Shown here piece after piece: positions 1 to 20,560 of a DNA stretch of 64,000 bases. Source of the DNA: Octopus vulgaris (lineage: Eukaryota); contig CATOCA020000001.1 in the NCBI GenBank assembly GCA_951406725.2, positions 6,262,001-6,326,000 of the forward strand. Direction: 5' to 3'. Numbering within the stretch: the stretch's first letter is position 1; each line of letters begins with the position of its first letter. The translations under genes were made by a program, and so were the position numbers. The notes under the pieces are model-generated. The model was not told the origin of the DNA, searched no databases, and saw only the letters and a list, made by a program, of their open reading frames with translations.

Positions 1-242
1 ACTTTGTGCAAAACTACGATCAGGGCAAACAACAACGTCGACCACAACACCCTAAGTAAAACACAAAAAATCAAACAAACATATGTACCTAAGGTTGGCT
101 TCGTTCTCAGACTTTGTATCACCACACCAAACTCCGTAATTTTCTGCGTCAGTCTTTCTATCAGTACATGATACAACGCCATATCGTTAGCTGACGAGAG
201 GCATCTCTTAGGAGTAACGCTCAGATCGTTTTGGGGATCCAT
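1..242 (-). CDS. Candidate small hydrophobic protein, copy 1 (runs off window edge)
   Basis: Manual translation from ATG at 242: MDPQNDLSVTPKRCLSSANDMALYHVLIERLTQKITEFGVVIQSLRTKPTLGTYVCLIFCVLLRVLWSTLLFALIVVLHK, no stop before base 1; paralogous to the 4805-5110 ORF. Confidence 0.3.
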   Translation of the reverse strand, partial: MDPQNDLSVTPKRCLSSANDMALYHVLIERLTQKITEFGVVIQSLRTKPTLGTYVCLIFCVLLRVLWSTLLFALIVVLHK

Positions 243-376
243 GAAAATTCAGTGGGTGTTGCTTCAGTAAAACGCCTAGTAGATAAGAGTGATTCCTGGG
301 TTGCTGTCACACCTACATATGCCATGTACCATGTTTAATAATATATTCTTCTATACACACCTGTGTATTAGTGAAT

Positions 377-433
<57 letters not shown>

Positions 434-450
434 ATGTATTTATATGTATG

Positions 451-491
<41 letters not shown>

Positions 492-500
492 ATGTATATG

Positions 501-539
<39 letters not shown>

Positions 540-870
540 ATATATCTATATATATATATATAATGATATTATTGCTTCCAATAATATCAAGTCGCAAGCA
601 TGCGTAAAAACAATCCCATAAGGTAAAGCCTCATTAATTAATAATTAAAGGTCCTACAAGCAGCAACAGCACACTAAAAATAGCAGCACGAAGAGAGAGA
701 GAGAGAGAGGAAGAGAGAAAGACAAGGGGAGAAAAAGAGAGAGAAAAAGAAAGTGTGGAACAGAGAGAGAGGGAAAGAAAATGAAAGAAATAGAGAAAGA
801 GAGAGAGATAAATCGAAGAATAATTAGACAGATAAACAAATAGAAACTTCTATAAATAGATTGATAGATA

Positions 871-921
<51 letters not shown>

Positions 922-1166
922 ACACACTCATACACACACACATACATATATAAATGGTAAAAAAACGCAATAGAAGACAATGAAAGATTCGGACTGATAG
1001 ACGATAGAAAGGCGGACAGGAGAAACACCGATTAGAAGGACAGGCAAAAAAAGACGGCTCTTTCGTGGCTTTCTTTCCTCAGTCAAGTCCCAGAAGTCAC
1101 GACCATCTCGGGCAGTTACACTTGAGATGGGTCGATCTGGTTGCCCCCATAAAAGTCTCTCTCTCT

Positions 1167-1224
<58 letters not shown>

Positions 1225-1241
1225 ATCTGTGTGTGTGTGTG

Positions 1242-1274
<33 letters not shown>

Positions 1275-1497
1275 GTGTATCTGCGTGTATTCATTCGTCT
1301 TTTTTCCTCCTCTCACCAATAAGGGGTTCAACACCCGCCAACGACCTTCGCTGACCATTCCGTCTACTTCCTGCCCGAATTTTTGATGCAATAATCAACT
1401 TGCATTTGTCAAACGAGACATTTGCGTCGTTCAAAATCCGCTTCCCAAGTTTCTTAGCACTTGCAAACACTTACTAAATTACGTAGCTGCACCAAGT

Positions 1498-1507
1498 GGG
1501 AAATTCC
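1498..1507. promoter_or_regulatory. Candidate NF-kB (kB) site GGGAAATTCC
   Basis: Perfect GGGRNNYYCC match in a ~125-bp block almost identical between the two duplicates; function not shown. Confidence 0.3.
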
Positions 1508-1728
1508 GTTTTAACCAGGGAAATATGTACAATTGTTCCGAGTATAAATTATTTGATAAACAATCCACTTGACAAACAGTAGATAAGTAGACATTTAATA
1601 ATTTTTAATCGAGAATAAGTGGAATAAGAAGAAACAGGTGGAGCAGAGAGACGCCCAGGAGATCATATTATGTGAGACGAAAGAATTCAAATAATAATAA
1701 TAATAATAATAATGATAATAATAATAAT

Positions 1729-2190
1729 ATTGATATGACTGTCCCAATCGATATAAACGTATATGTGAAGACCTACCAAAAACTGAGCAAATATAAAGAT
1801 CTTGAAATAGAAATCAGCAAAATGTGGAAGCTGAAGACTAAAACAATACCTGTTGTCATAGGTGCCCTGGGAATGATAGCGAAAGGGGCTGACTGCTACC
1901 TAACTCAGATACCAGGAAACCACAAAATGGCAGAAATTCAAAAGATAGTGCTCATGGGAACTGCTCATATCCTACTCAAAATACTCTCTATGTAATCCCA
2001 AGGTTTAAAACAAACTTTTTATTTATTTATTTATTATTATTTTTTTATGTATTAGACATTCACTAGTACAACACCAAAAAAAAAAAAAAACCCAAATATA
2101 TGGCTCAGAACTTCCAACCTGTTGTCTCTTGAGGTCTCTGGGTGAGACTTGGAGCCAACTTGTACAGACATAAAGCAAAAGTCAAACATA

Positions 2191-2191
<1 letters not shown>
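1729..2191 (+). mobile_element. 5'-truncated R4/Dong-like non-LTR retrotransposon 3' end (restriction-like endonuclease C-terminus + 3' UTR)
   Basis: IDMTVPIDINVYVKTYQKLSKYKDLEIEISKMWKLKTKTIPVVIGALGMI...QKIVLMGTAHIL; flanked on both sides by (AAT)n. Confidence 0.8.
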
Positions 2192-2254
<63 letters not shown>

Positions 2255-2299
2255 CACAATCACAATAATAATAATAACAATAATAACAGTCGTTCCAAC

Positions 2300-2517
2300 T
2301 ATAGGCACAAGGCCTGAAATCTTTTTGGGAGTGAGTTAGTCGATTACATAGCCCCTAGTACAGAACTGGTATTTAATTTATAGACATCGAAATGATGAAA
2401 TGCGAAGTTGACCTCGGGGGAATTTGAACTCAGAAACTAATGATGGATGAAATACCACCAAGCATTTTGCCCGGCGTGCTAACGATTCTGCCAGCTCTCC
2501 GCTTTAATAATAATAAC

Positions 2518-2594
<77 letters not shown>

Positions 2595-2668
2595 CAATAA
2601 CAATAATAATAACAATAATAATGAAAATAATAATAATAATAATAATAATAAAATAATAATAATAATAA

Positions 2669-2699
<31 letters not shown>

Positions 2700-3410
2700 A
2701 ATAATGTCTACTTGAAGCACATGGACAAGTCCATTACATCGATCCCAGTGTGTAACTGGTACTGAATTTATCGTCACCGAAAGGATAAAAGGCAAAGTCA
2801 ACCTCGGCGGAATTTGAACTCAGAACGTAGTGAGAGGCGAAATATCAAATTCTTTACTACCCACAAGGGCAAATAAGGACAGACAAACGGATTGAGTCGA
2901 TTATATCAACCCCAGTGCGTAACTGGTACTTATTTAATCGACTCCGAAATGATGAAAGGCAAAGTCAACCTCGGCGGAATTAGAACTCAGAACGTAACCA
3001 CAGACGAAATCCTCCTAAGCGTTTCGCCTGACGTGCTAACGTTTCTGCCAGCTCACCGCCTTTTGGCAGACGAAATACTTCTAAGCGTTTCGCCCAGCGT
3101 ACCAATGATAACAACAACAACAACGACAACAACAATAATAATAAAGTGAATATCAAATATATATTGCGTGTGTTTTCATTGGCAACAGACGACCATCTCC
3201 AAATAGAAGAATTTCTGTTTTAACACCCAATTTCAAAAATGCATGAACGAAATAATATTAAATATTAAGTAGAAATATTCCGCCGAGGTTGTCTTTGCCT
3301 TTTATCCTTTCGGGGTCGATGAAATCAATATCAGTTAAGTACTGGGGTCGATGTAATCAACTTACTCCCTCTCCCGAAATTGCTGGTGTTGTGCCAAAAT
3401 TTGAAATCAA
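2300..3410. mobile_element. Cluster of tRNA-derived SINE copies (family 1), mostly minus strand, with (AAT)n
   Basis: Recurrent aaaggcaaagtcaacctcggcggaatttgaactcagaacg and gctaacgattctgccagct motifs (B-box-like gagttcaaattc on the other strand); further copies near 22380, 44800, 49650, 61750, 61915, 63180. Confidence 0.75.
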
Positions 3411-3559
3411 TGTGTAGGAGAAATAAAACAAAACACAGCATTACTCACTAATGGACACCATGTTAATGGTTTTAGCAAATTATAAAGTGAACGGCTTGGA
3501 GAGTGTCTCATCTTTTTGCGTGTTTCCTTGGATTGAATCTGTGTAGGGGGGCATGTTTA

Positions 3560-4290
3560 GGCGCGGCTGTGTGGTTAGACGCTTGCTTCCAAATCTGGTT
3601 TCGGGTTCATTTCCACTGCGTGGCACACTACGCACATGTCTTCTACTTTAACCATTGGACTCTCAAAATCTTCAGGAGTGGATTTGGTAGATGGACACTG
3701 AAAGAAGCCCATCGTGACTATTCTTTTACTTGTTTCACTCATTTGACTGCGGCCATGTTGGAGCTCCGCCTTCAGTCGTACAAATCGACCCTAGGACTTA
3801 ATCTTTGTAAGCCTAGTACTTATTCTATCAGTTTCTTTTCCAGAACCGCTAGGTTATAGGAACGTAAACACACCAACACCGGTTGTCAGGGGATGGTGGA
3901 GGGACAACTATAGACACACAAATACACACACACACATACGACGGGCTTATTTGAGTTTCCATCTATGAAATCCACTCACAATGTTTTGGTCGTCCCTAGG
4001 CTATAGCAGAAGACACTCAGTCAAGGTGTCACGCAACGGGACTGAACCTGGAACCATGTGTTTCTTAATCTACGGCAACTCCTATGCCAATATATGTCTG
4101 TCTGTATGTATATCAGTGTGTGTGTGTGTGTCTTTTTGTGTCCGTGTTTGTCCCATCGCTTGATGACCTGTGTTGGTGTGTTTACGCTCCGGTAACCTAG
4201 CGGTTCACCATAATACTCCGATAAAATAAGTTCCAGGCTTAAATAATTAAGTACAGAGGTCAATTAGTTCGACTCAAAACTTCTCAAACC
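3560..4290. mobile_element. tRNA-derived SINE copies (family 2), nested in both orientations
   Basis: ggctgtgtggt...ggttca...cactgcgtggcac head; gagtggatttggtaga..ga.actgaaagaagccc body; same family at 4675-4805, 9575, 11000, 12370, 13590, 14335, 58800-59185. Confidence 0.75.
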
Positions 4291-4804
4291 AGTGGCATCT
4301 TTATATATACACATAATCCTTTCCGAGCCATGTTCGTTGAAGCAATTGTTCGTTACACAAGTAATTGAAATACATACAAATAGAAGAAATCCGTTTCATG
4401 CCACTCCCCAAAGCCACATAAAAGTATATATTATACCTTAGCGTTCATACAAAAGAAAATCATGTAAAAGGTCGTATGTGGTGTGATTGCTCAGTTTGGT
4501 TTACTACTAAAACACCGGCTTGAACAGAAAAATGTGTAAAAATTGTGTAACAAAGGTGATATGAAGTGGTTGATCATTGAGCGGAGGGACATAAATTATA
4601 ACAGATAATGATCAAGAAAAATATTTAGCGTTAATCAAGGACATTTATTTTATAATTTATAATATAAGTATAGGTGCAGGAGTGGCTGTTTAGTAAGTAG
4701 CGTGCTTACCAATCACATGGTTCGGGGTTCAGTTCAAGTGCGTGGCACCTTGGGAAAATGTGTTCTACTATAGCCTCGGTGCGACCAAAGCCTTTTTGGT
4801 GGAT

Positions 4805-5110
4805 CTAGAAGACATGGTTGCTAATGTTGGAATAAACAAAAATTAAGTTGGTTATAGTTGGAATGCCCTTGTGCAAAATTACGAACAGTGCAAACAACAA
4901 CGTCGACCACAACACCCTAAGTAAAACACAAATAACAAACAAACAAAGATATGTACCTAATATTGGCCTCGTTCTCAGACTTTGTATCACCACATCAAAC
5001 TCCGCAATTTTCTGCGTCAGTCTTTCTATCATTACATGATACAACGCCATATCGTTAGCTGACAAGAGACATCTCTTAGGGGTAACGCTCAGATCGTTTT
5101 GGGTTTCCAT
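4805..5110 (-). CDS. Candidate small hydrophobic protein, copy 2 (101 aa)
   Basis: METQNDLSVTPKRC...LRTRPILGTYLCLFVICVLLRVLWSTLLFALFVILHK...; non-repetitive, paralog at 1-242 differs by an in-frame 3-nt indel; no family recognised. Confidence 0.35.
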   Translation of the reverse strand: METQNDLSVTPKRCLLSANDMALYHVMIERLTQKIAEFDVVIQSLRTRPILGTYLCLFVICVLLRVLWSTLLFALFVILHKGIPTITNLIFVYSNISNHVF

Positions 5111-6339
5111 GAAAATTCAGTGGGTGTTGCTTCAGGAAAATGCCTAGTAGATGAGAAGGATTTCTGGGATGCTGTCACGCCTACAGATGTCATGTACCAT
5201 GTTTAATAATATAATTGGTGTCCAAGGCGTATGACCACGCTGTTAATGGTGCTGCATTCGCGATAACGAGATCGCGGTTTCAATTCCCGGAGCGGGAGTT
5301 GTATTGCGTTCTTAAGCAAGACACCTCATCTCATATTACTTTGCGTCGTGCAGGAATGGTGAATTGGTGGAAAATGGATTTATTTTCCGGATATTAAAAT
5401 ACATCGAATCGCATACATCGACAGAAACTACTGACACCGCTGTTAAAAAATAAAACACACACATAACGGGTAATAACATATGTGTACTTCGGTCAGTACT
5501 CTTATCCGATACAAGCCGCAAATTGAGACAATAAACTTTCATGAGGTAATAGAATATTCAGATAAGTGGAGAAACCCTATTTAATTTCTGTAAAAAATTA
5601 AAATTGAAGTCATATTTGGAACCGGCATTATCGAGGAAAGTCAATCTTTGCTACTTTCCTGTTAAGATTTAAAATAAATATTTATACACATTCATATCTT
5701 CACTGGCGAAATTAAATTTAAGACCGATGATAATAGTCCTATATCTAAAAAATATTTTGTTACTAACACCATACCTATATTTTACACATTATGCAGAATT
5801 TATTTCTCTTTCGAATGATGCAGACAATAACTACTTTTATATAACTTGAAGAATGCATGAAAGTACTCGTTCAATCAGAGTGGATATTTGATATTCTATC
5901 GCTTCATTATGTTATCTTATCTTATCATATATTATTATAAGATTGTAAATAAATCATGAAAATCAAAGTTGGAATTTCTTTCAGTAATGTATTCTTCCAT
6001 ACACAATCATACACACCTGTGTATAAGTGATATATATATATATATATATATGTATATTATTGCTTATAATAATATCAAGTGGCAAGTATGCGTAGAAAAA
6101 TCCCATAAGGTAAAGCATCATTAATTAATAATTAAAGGTCCTACTAACATTAACAACACGAAGAGAGAGAGAGAGAATGAGAGAAAGAGAGAAGGAGAGA
6201 AAAAGAGTGAGAAAAAGAAAGTGTGGAACACAGAGAGAGAGAGAAAGAAAAAAGAAAGAAATAGAGAAAGAGAGAGATAAATCGAAGAATAATTAGACAG
6301 ATAAACAAATAGAAACATCTATAAATAGATTGACAGATA

Positions 6340-6393
<54 letters not shown>

Positions 6394-6605
6394 AATGGTA
6401 AAAAACGCAATAGAAGACAATAAAAGATTCGGACTGATAGACGATAGAAAGGCGGACAGGAAAAACACCGATTAGAAGGACAGGCAAAAAAAGACGGCTC
6501 ATTCGGGGCTTTCTTTCCTCAGTCAAGTCCCAGAAGTCACAACCATCTCGGGCAGTTAAACTTGTGATGGTTCGATCTGGTTGCCCCGAACTGAAAGTCT
6601 CTCTT

Positions 6606-6638
<33 letters not shown>

Positions 6639-6730
6639 CATATGTTATCATTACCTTTCTACGTGTATTTTATATTTTAATTCTGTAAATATATTTCTAA
6701 TATACTTATTTATACATATATATATACATA

Positions 6731-6771
<41 letters not shown>

Positions 6772-6863
6772 ACACACACACACACACACACACATATATG
6801 TGTGTGTTGTGTTTGTGCGTGTATTCATTCAAACAATTACTAAATTACGTAGCTGCACCAAGT

Positions 6864-6873
6864 GGGAAATTCC
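6864..6873. promoter_or_regulatory. Candidate NF-kB (kB) site GGGAAATTCC, duplicate copy
   Basis: Same motif and context as 1498-1507. Confidence 0.3.
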
Positions 6874-7049
6874 GTTTTAACCAGGGAAATATGTACAATT
6901 GTTCCGGGTATAAATTATTTGATAAACAATCCACTTGACAAACAGTAGATAAGTAGACATTATTTTAAATATAAAATAAGCGGGATAAGAAGAAATAGGC
7001 GTAGCAGAGAGTCGCTGAGGTGATAGTATATGAGACGAAAGAATTTAAA

Positions 7050-14489
<7,440 letters not shown>

Positions 14490-14490
<1 letters not shown>

Positions 14491-17400
14491 TATGGGTTCT
14501 GTTGTTTTTGGGTAATCCTGTATATGTTGGACTGAAAGCAGAGCTGAGGCGATTTTCTTCAAAGAATTGAATCTTTCAGGCAACGTCTCCCAGCGATTGA
14601 AGATGGCAACTGACTTCTCTAAGCTGCTTCTTTCAAGAGATTTTAGTAATTCCATAAATTTTTTCCCCATAATTCTGAAGTGGTTAATTCAATCATTTCC
14701 ACTTCAAAACTATCCTGTATATTTGTTTTTTAGCCAAAATGTGAGAGATTAAATGAGTTCGTTTTCAAATCCCTCAAAGTCGGGTTTGATGAGAAATGAA
14801 AATATAGGAACATCTGTTTCGAAATATTTATCTCACTTGGAAAATTCTTCTTTCAACGTTGCAATATATTTTTGAAGTTCGTTTTTATTAAATATTAAAT
14901 CGATTTGAATAAGCTTTTACATTTGGAAAGTATTTTTATGTATTGCTAAGTTTATCACGCAAAAAAATCTTATTTTAACAAAAATCCTTCCTAATATTCA
15001 AAAACATCAAGTATTGTTTGACCTCTCTCTTGTAAATGCAAATTTTAATCATTCAAGTGACTGTCAGTTAGAAGCATCAGTTTAAATAAACCGTCTTCGT
15101 TGTTCAATTCTGGCAACTGTTTCCTTTCAAGAAATATTCTTCTAAGCATGATACAAATCTGTTCAAAACATTACCCCGACAAAGCCAACGGACTGTAAGG
15201 ACCGTGCGATGCGAGTTGACAAGAATGGCTCTTTAGTACCACATCACACAGCCCTTACAATAAAGAGAAAATTGATAGTACCATCTATTTGCCAGATGGA
15301 TAAAGGAGACAACCGCGTAGAATGATTAAAAGAAGATTTATTGATATGTTAACAGATGTGTCTGTGTGTGCATCATGTATACTGAACGATAGACATGCCG
15401 TCATGAGAACAGAATGTATGCGTATGGGTTCATAGATGTAGGAGACAATTAGAGGTATATGTTGAACGTGATGTCGTGGCTGTGATGCTGCTGCCTGGGT
15501 AACTTGTACAGGAATTCATACTGGTTGTATATTTGTTGTTGACCCATGATGAAGTAATTCATGAACAGTGAAGTGTTGGAACCTGGGTGCATCGCTTGCA
15601 GAGCTGTGTACATAGAGAGATGATGTTGAAGACGTTAAGGACATGGTGATAGCGACGAAGATGGAGGTTGTTGGAATGCTGTTGGACAAAGTTGGTAAGT
15701 CTCTGGAACTGGCTGTGTCTTTGTGGTCAGAGGCTAGTCCTTAAAAGGTCTGGAACCAAAAGACGAAAGGAGAAAAGGGGGAGCGTTTATAAGGAGAAGT
15801 AGGCCAAAACGGGGTAGAGAACAGGCTGACTCCGACTGGTTATACGCGGCAGTTTGGCGCGACAAATTGCGCCAATACCAACTAATCAGAGTAGTGGACA
15901 GAACGGGATCCAAATAGCGGCAAAAGGCTAGCTGTTCCGTGCTACTCTCGAATGCACGTATATATAATAAATGGGAGAGAGGAATTTTAACCGAGTCTAC
16001 GCTGCAGGACTTTACTGTGAAGTGGGAAGTCTGCATATTCGCTGTCCAGTTCTTGCAGAAGAGACTTAAATTGTCTGTGAGTCAGTGAAGAGCAAGAAAC
16101 CATGAAGTTAACTATTTTAACAACAGTTTCCACGACAGAACTCAAGCTTTGTGACGAAAGTTTTGCAACTAAATTTTCCTGATGTACAATGCAATTAAAA
16201 CACATTACACTGCGTGAAATGTGATTTTCAAGACGCTTAATAAATCTTTTTTTCCTTTCCACCCACTGCACGTGCACCACCAGTAGTAATACAAAATATT
16301 TTATTTGTATTAATGGCTTGATTTTCGAAATAATTTAGAAATGCAGTCAGAATGTCCTGTCCTGTAGATGTATTGGTAAGAGGAATAATCAAACAACATG
16401 ATTCTTCGTAAATACGATCATTGTCCCAGTATCTTGCAACAATTGCTAGGTGCGCCATGTCATTCACTTGAGTACTTTCATCGATAGGGGTCACTGAATG
16501 CAGCAGCATTTTGTAATCTAACTTTCTGTGTTATAATTATGTTTTCAGCTATATCAGTTACACGTCTCTCAACTGATCATGCAGAAGTTGGTATTTCTTG
16601 AATTCGAGACAGTATTTATTCAGCGTTTGCTTAATCACTGAACAAAAGTTTTGCACTTCTCAGAAAATCTTTTTTGATAAATTCTCCGACTGTTAAAGGT
16701 TTACCTTTCTCAGCTCTACATTGAGCAATTGTGTAACTACATTATTTGGCTTCATTGTTGGTTCCAAGCATTTGAACAAAAACAGAAGTCCTTCATTTGT
16801 AACTAGAAATAGCCCTTTTTATGATTTGCCTTTTATCATCAGCGTTTTTAGACATAGTCTGGTGTCTAGTTTGATAGTGTCTTTGTACACTTGATGTACG
16901 ACATACGACAAATTCACAGCAGAACGCACACACAACTCGATTTTGTTGTACAAATCCATACTCAGTGCTCCAGAAATCTTGAAATGAACGAACGTCAAAT
17001 TTTGGTCCTTTGTTATTCAATTTGGGGCACTATATATTGATAAGTGATATGACAGGTGTATAAACCCTTAAATTAGGTTCTACAAATAAAAATAACTAAA
17101 TAAAATAATTAGAATAAAATAAATAGTAAAAAAGAATGAAATTAATTTAATGAATTAATTTTTGTAATAATAAAATAATTAGATTAAAATAAATGATATG
17201 AATAAACAAAAAAATATATACCCAAAAGATCAGACAACTTGACTCCCGAAGGAGAAATTGAAACCTAAGAAAATAACTATAATTTTTGACTTTTCATGTT
17301 TATTTCCTTTTGAAAACCCTACTCGTTACCGCTTTTTCTTCCCAAAATGTGAGAATAATTTTAAAAGCGTCTACTTATAGACGACCCGCAATGTAGCAGC

Positions 17401-17862
17401 CGATTTTAAAGAGTGTCTTTATTTAGACTGGCTGCTGTAAAGTGGTCAACCAAGTTTAACATAGTATGATCTGCACTGCTAAATATACAGCCGAGTTCGA
17501 AACAACAAGCGTTCGCACCTCTAGCTCCCGGCTTCAGTAATAAAGTCCATAGAAATGCTTTCAGCTCCAGCTTACAAACAAATTAATTGTGCTAACATTC
17601 ATAATTTCGTATCAAAATTGTGTTCAGTAGTACTATATTTTTAAGGAAATGTAATACTACCAAATACAACTAACTTCAGATAGTTTAGGCTAGAATAGAT
17701 GGATCGTAAAAAAGATATGTAAATTAATTATTATGATGTCGCTTCCTCAGAGTTAGTTATAAATAAAATTTTACTTTTATTTTTTGCCAAGTGGTGTGCA
17801 TGCCATTGTGAATTGTTCCGCGTGCTACACATGACACGCGTGCCACAGGTTACAGACGCCTC
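14490..17862 (-). mobile_element. Decayed hAT (Charlie/Buster/SPIN-like) DNA transposon
   Basis: Frameshifted transposase pieces: BED-like CAFC...RHYQTRH, IDESTQVNDMAHLAI, CIVHQENL, HRQFKSLLQELDSEYADFPLHSKVRWLCRG; Charlie-like terminus followed by gtctagac at 17863-17870; other end not found. Confidence 0.85.
15194..16006 (-). mobile_element. Solo LTR (813 bp) inserted into the hAT transposase
   Basis: TG...CA ends; 4-bp target duplication GGAC at 15190-15193 and 16007-16010; removal restores LHSKVRWLCRG; TATA-like and AATAAA signals on minus strand. Confidence 0.8.
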
Positions 17863-18099
17863 GTCTAGACACTCCAAGGAAAACCTCCAGACGTCTGAAG
17901 ATGTTCAGCTATCCGGAACGTGTCGAGGCATAAACAACCACCAGACTGAGGACACCTCCGTTACTACTGTTCACGACGTCCAGGACCACCAACTTACCTT
18001 CTGGGTCCAGGAAGATAATCTTTGTGTTGAGATCCAGGCGTCTCTGGGACAACACTGCCATTCCACCCCGCACCCCTCATTCCCGTTTGACATGGAAAT

Positions 18100-19240
18100 A
18101 AATATCAGGCTGAGTAAAAAGTAAGCAACGTTTTGAAACATGAAATTCATCACAATGTATTCCACCAATGCGGAAATTTTATTCATCAAAGTCTGTACCA
18201 TTAATATAAACACATTTTTGCCAATGAGTTACAAAGTTTGTTTATTCCGTTAACATAAAAATCTGGAGTTCTGGAGTTGATGGACTCTTTGAACGCGCTT
18301 TCAGCATCGGTTTGATTTTTCAACTCCTTCTCTCGAGGAAACTATAAAGATACTTGAAAAAGTGGTGGTCGTTGGGAGAAAGGTCTTGGGAATAGGCTGA
18401 GTAGGGAATATCTTCGTAGCCAGATTCCCTAAACCTCTGGGGCGTCATTAGTGAAACGTGTGGTCGAGTATTGTCATGAAGAATGATTGGCCCTCTTCTG
18501 TTGACCAGTCTGAGACAGAGGAGTAGCAATTTTTCGTTCATATTGGCAATTTCTTGGTAATATGTTTCTGCAGTAATGGATTTTCTGGGTTTTAATAAGT
18601 TATAGTGGATGAGTCCAACAGCACATCACTAAACAATCACCATAATCTCTTTTTTGAAGAGATCGAGTTTAGGGAAGCTTTTCGGTGCTTCATTTGGGTC
18701 CATCCACTGCGAAAAACATTTTCTATTATTATACAGAATCTACTTTTCATCGCAAATACGGTCAAGAATTGGATCGGTCTGGTTTCATCGAAGAAGCGAC
18801 GAGCACATTTCATAAGTTCACATTTTCTGATTTTCATTCAAATGGTGAGGTACTCATTTGTCGAGCTTTTCTGATTTTTCGATCGCATGCAAATGGTTTC
18901 AGGCATTTTCTGGCTGACTTGAAGTTCTTTTGCCAGTTCTCGAGTGGTTTTACGTGGGTCTTTCTCAATGACAATCTTCAGTTGACCGTCATACGATGAC
19001 AGACGGGCGTCCACTACGCTCAAGATCTTCAGGTTTCCACTGCTAAATCGTTTAAGCCATTTTCAAACTGACCACTCACTGGTCATTTCCTCACCAAACG
19101 TTTCGTTGACATCGTGAGCAGTTTCAGCTGCTTTACATCCTTTTTTGATGTTGAATAGCAAAATTGCTCGAATATCGCGCTTTGACAGTTGCATTTCAGA
19201 TGATTGCAACAACGGTGAAAAAATATCAATGTTAATTTAT
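18100..19240 (-). mobile_element. Decayed mariner (Tc1/mariner) transposon
   Basis: GPIILHDNTRPH and YSQDLSPNDHHFF (YSPDLAP-type) motifs; HTH DPRKTTRELAKEL; multiple frameshifts. Confidence 0.9.
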
Positions 19241-20378
19241 TGATGCATTTGGGAAAGTCTATGTCTGAATTGTCTGTGTGTTTGGTTCTGTTTCTTTTTC
19301 TTTTGTGTGTTCAGGCGACTACTTGCCATTTTGGTCTTTCGTCGTCCCTATCCGCGCAAGGTATGTCTGAGTGCTCCGAACAGGGGAGGGGCAAATCTTG
19401 TAGAGCTTTTTGGCGTTGTCCTATTCATAACGTTGTTGCTTTTTTGGTGGCGGGGACCGGGGTTGATGCTGTTGTTTTTGCTGCTGCCCGTGCTGCTGCG
19501 ATTAGTGTTGCTGCTACTGTTACTCTTGATTTTGTAGCCGCGATGGTCACCTGCCTCTGTTGGTGCTGTTGCTATTGTTGTTATTGTTGCTGTGGTGGTG
19601 GCGGTGGTGGTGGTGTTGATGATGTTGGCAAAATTGAGAGGCTCCTTTCTCTAATTTGTTGTGGGCAATAGAAGAATTTTAGATGATTTGTGTCCCCACA
19701 CAGATGATACCGAAACCATCAGCTTTCAAAGGCCACGTGGAGGTTGGTGCCACCGTGTGAATTTATGATATCTGGAATTGTGTCCAGATTTTGGCTGTCC
19801 ATTTTCACCCACAATTTTAGGCCTTGACCCGAATAGTTTTGTTAGTAAAGTTTCCGCATCTGTAAGATGCTCGTTTTGACCTATATGTCCAAGAGGACAT
19901 CTACCACCAAGAATCAGCTGTCTATTTCTGGTGGTGTGTCTTCTTTTTTAGGGTCAAAGTGGATTGATTCCTTGCCTTCTCTTCATTTTTCTGTTATGTT
20001 TTTGTTGGTGCTGATGGTTGTGATGCTGTTGTTGTTGTTGCTACTACTGCTGTCTTTGCTTTGTTTCTCAAAAATATTCAGAAGCGGAGGTGACAAAATG
20101 TCAAAACGGATGATGTAAGAACCTTTACTTGCCTCGATTTGGGAAGCCAGACTGAACTTTTTCTTTTTAAAATATAAATTTGTAGTTTTTAAAACTCAAA
20201 ATTCGCCTTTAAGGGGCGAATTCTGGCCACCGCAGCTAGCCCCGCTTACAGCGAGGTGGGTTCTGTGGTCAATAAAATTTTGAAAACAACATTGTAACAA
20301 CAAATTCTAAAGAAAACTTAGAGCTCCGAACAACTAGTCTCCAAAACCGACACAAATAATAATAATAACAATAAAGAA

Positions 20379-20560
20379 ATGGAGAAACTTTCAAAATACA
20401 AAGACCTGGAAATAGAGGTAACTCGAACGAGGAATCTAAAAACAGAAACAATTCCTATCATAGTAAGTGCATTAGGCATGATAAAAAATTATTCAGACAA
20501 ATACATAACAAAAACACCAGGATTTACAAACACATATAACATACAGAAAATTGCATTGTT
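20379..20560 (+). mobile_element. R4/Dong-like LINE endonuclease fragment
   Basis: EKLSKYKDLEIEVTRTRNLKTETIPIIVSALGMI...IQKIALL, homologous to 1729-1995; preceded by (AAT)n. Confidence 0.75.

Larger units (their letters stand above)
1..1660. repeat. Segmental duplicate A; partner at ~4868-7040
   Basis: Collinear shared blocks 1-350/4868-5213, 560-1150/6050-6600 and 1470-1600/6836-6961, with differing microsatellite lengths and an extra ~750 bp in copy B. Confidence 0.9.

Noticed and set aside
1060-1150. Hairpin and CTGAGGA...GAAA on the minus strand as a possible ribozyme or ncRNA
   Set aside because: No stem II pairing, and both the GAAA and part of the hairpin are lost in the duplicate at ~6500-6590
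19240-20270. 143-aa plus-strand ORF with signal-peptide-like start; GC-rich hairpins at ~20200-20270
   Set aside because: Low complexity and non-ATG start; the minus strand has a degenerate zinc-knuckle-like HLCGDTNHLKFFYCP suggesting a LINE ORF1 relic, too weak to call; I could not build an HDV-like fold
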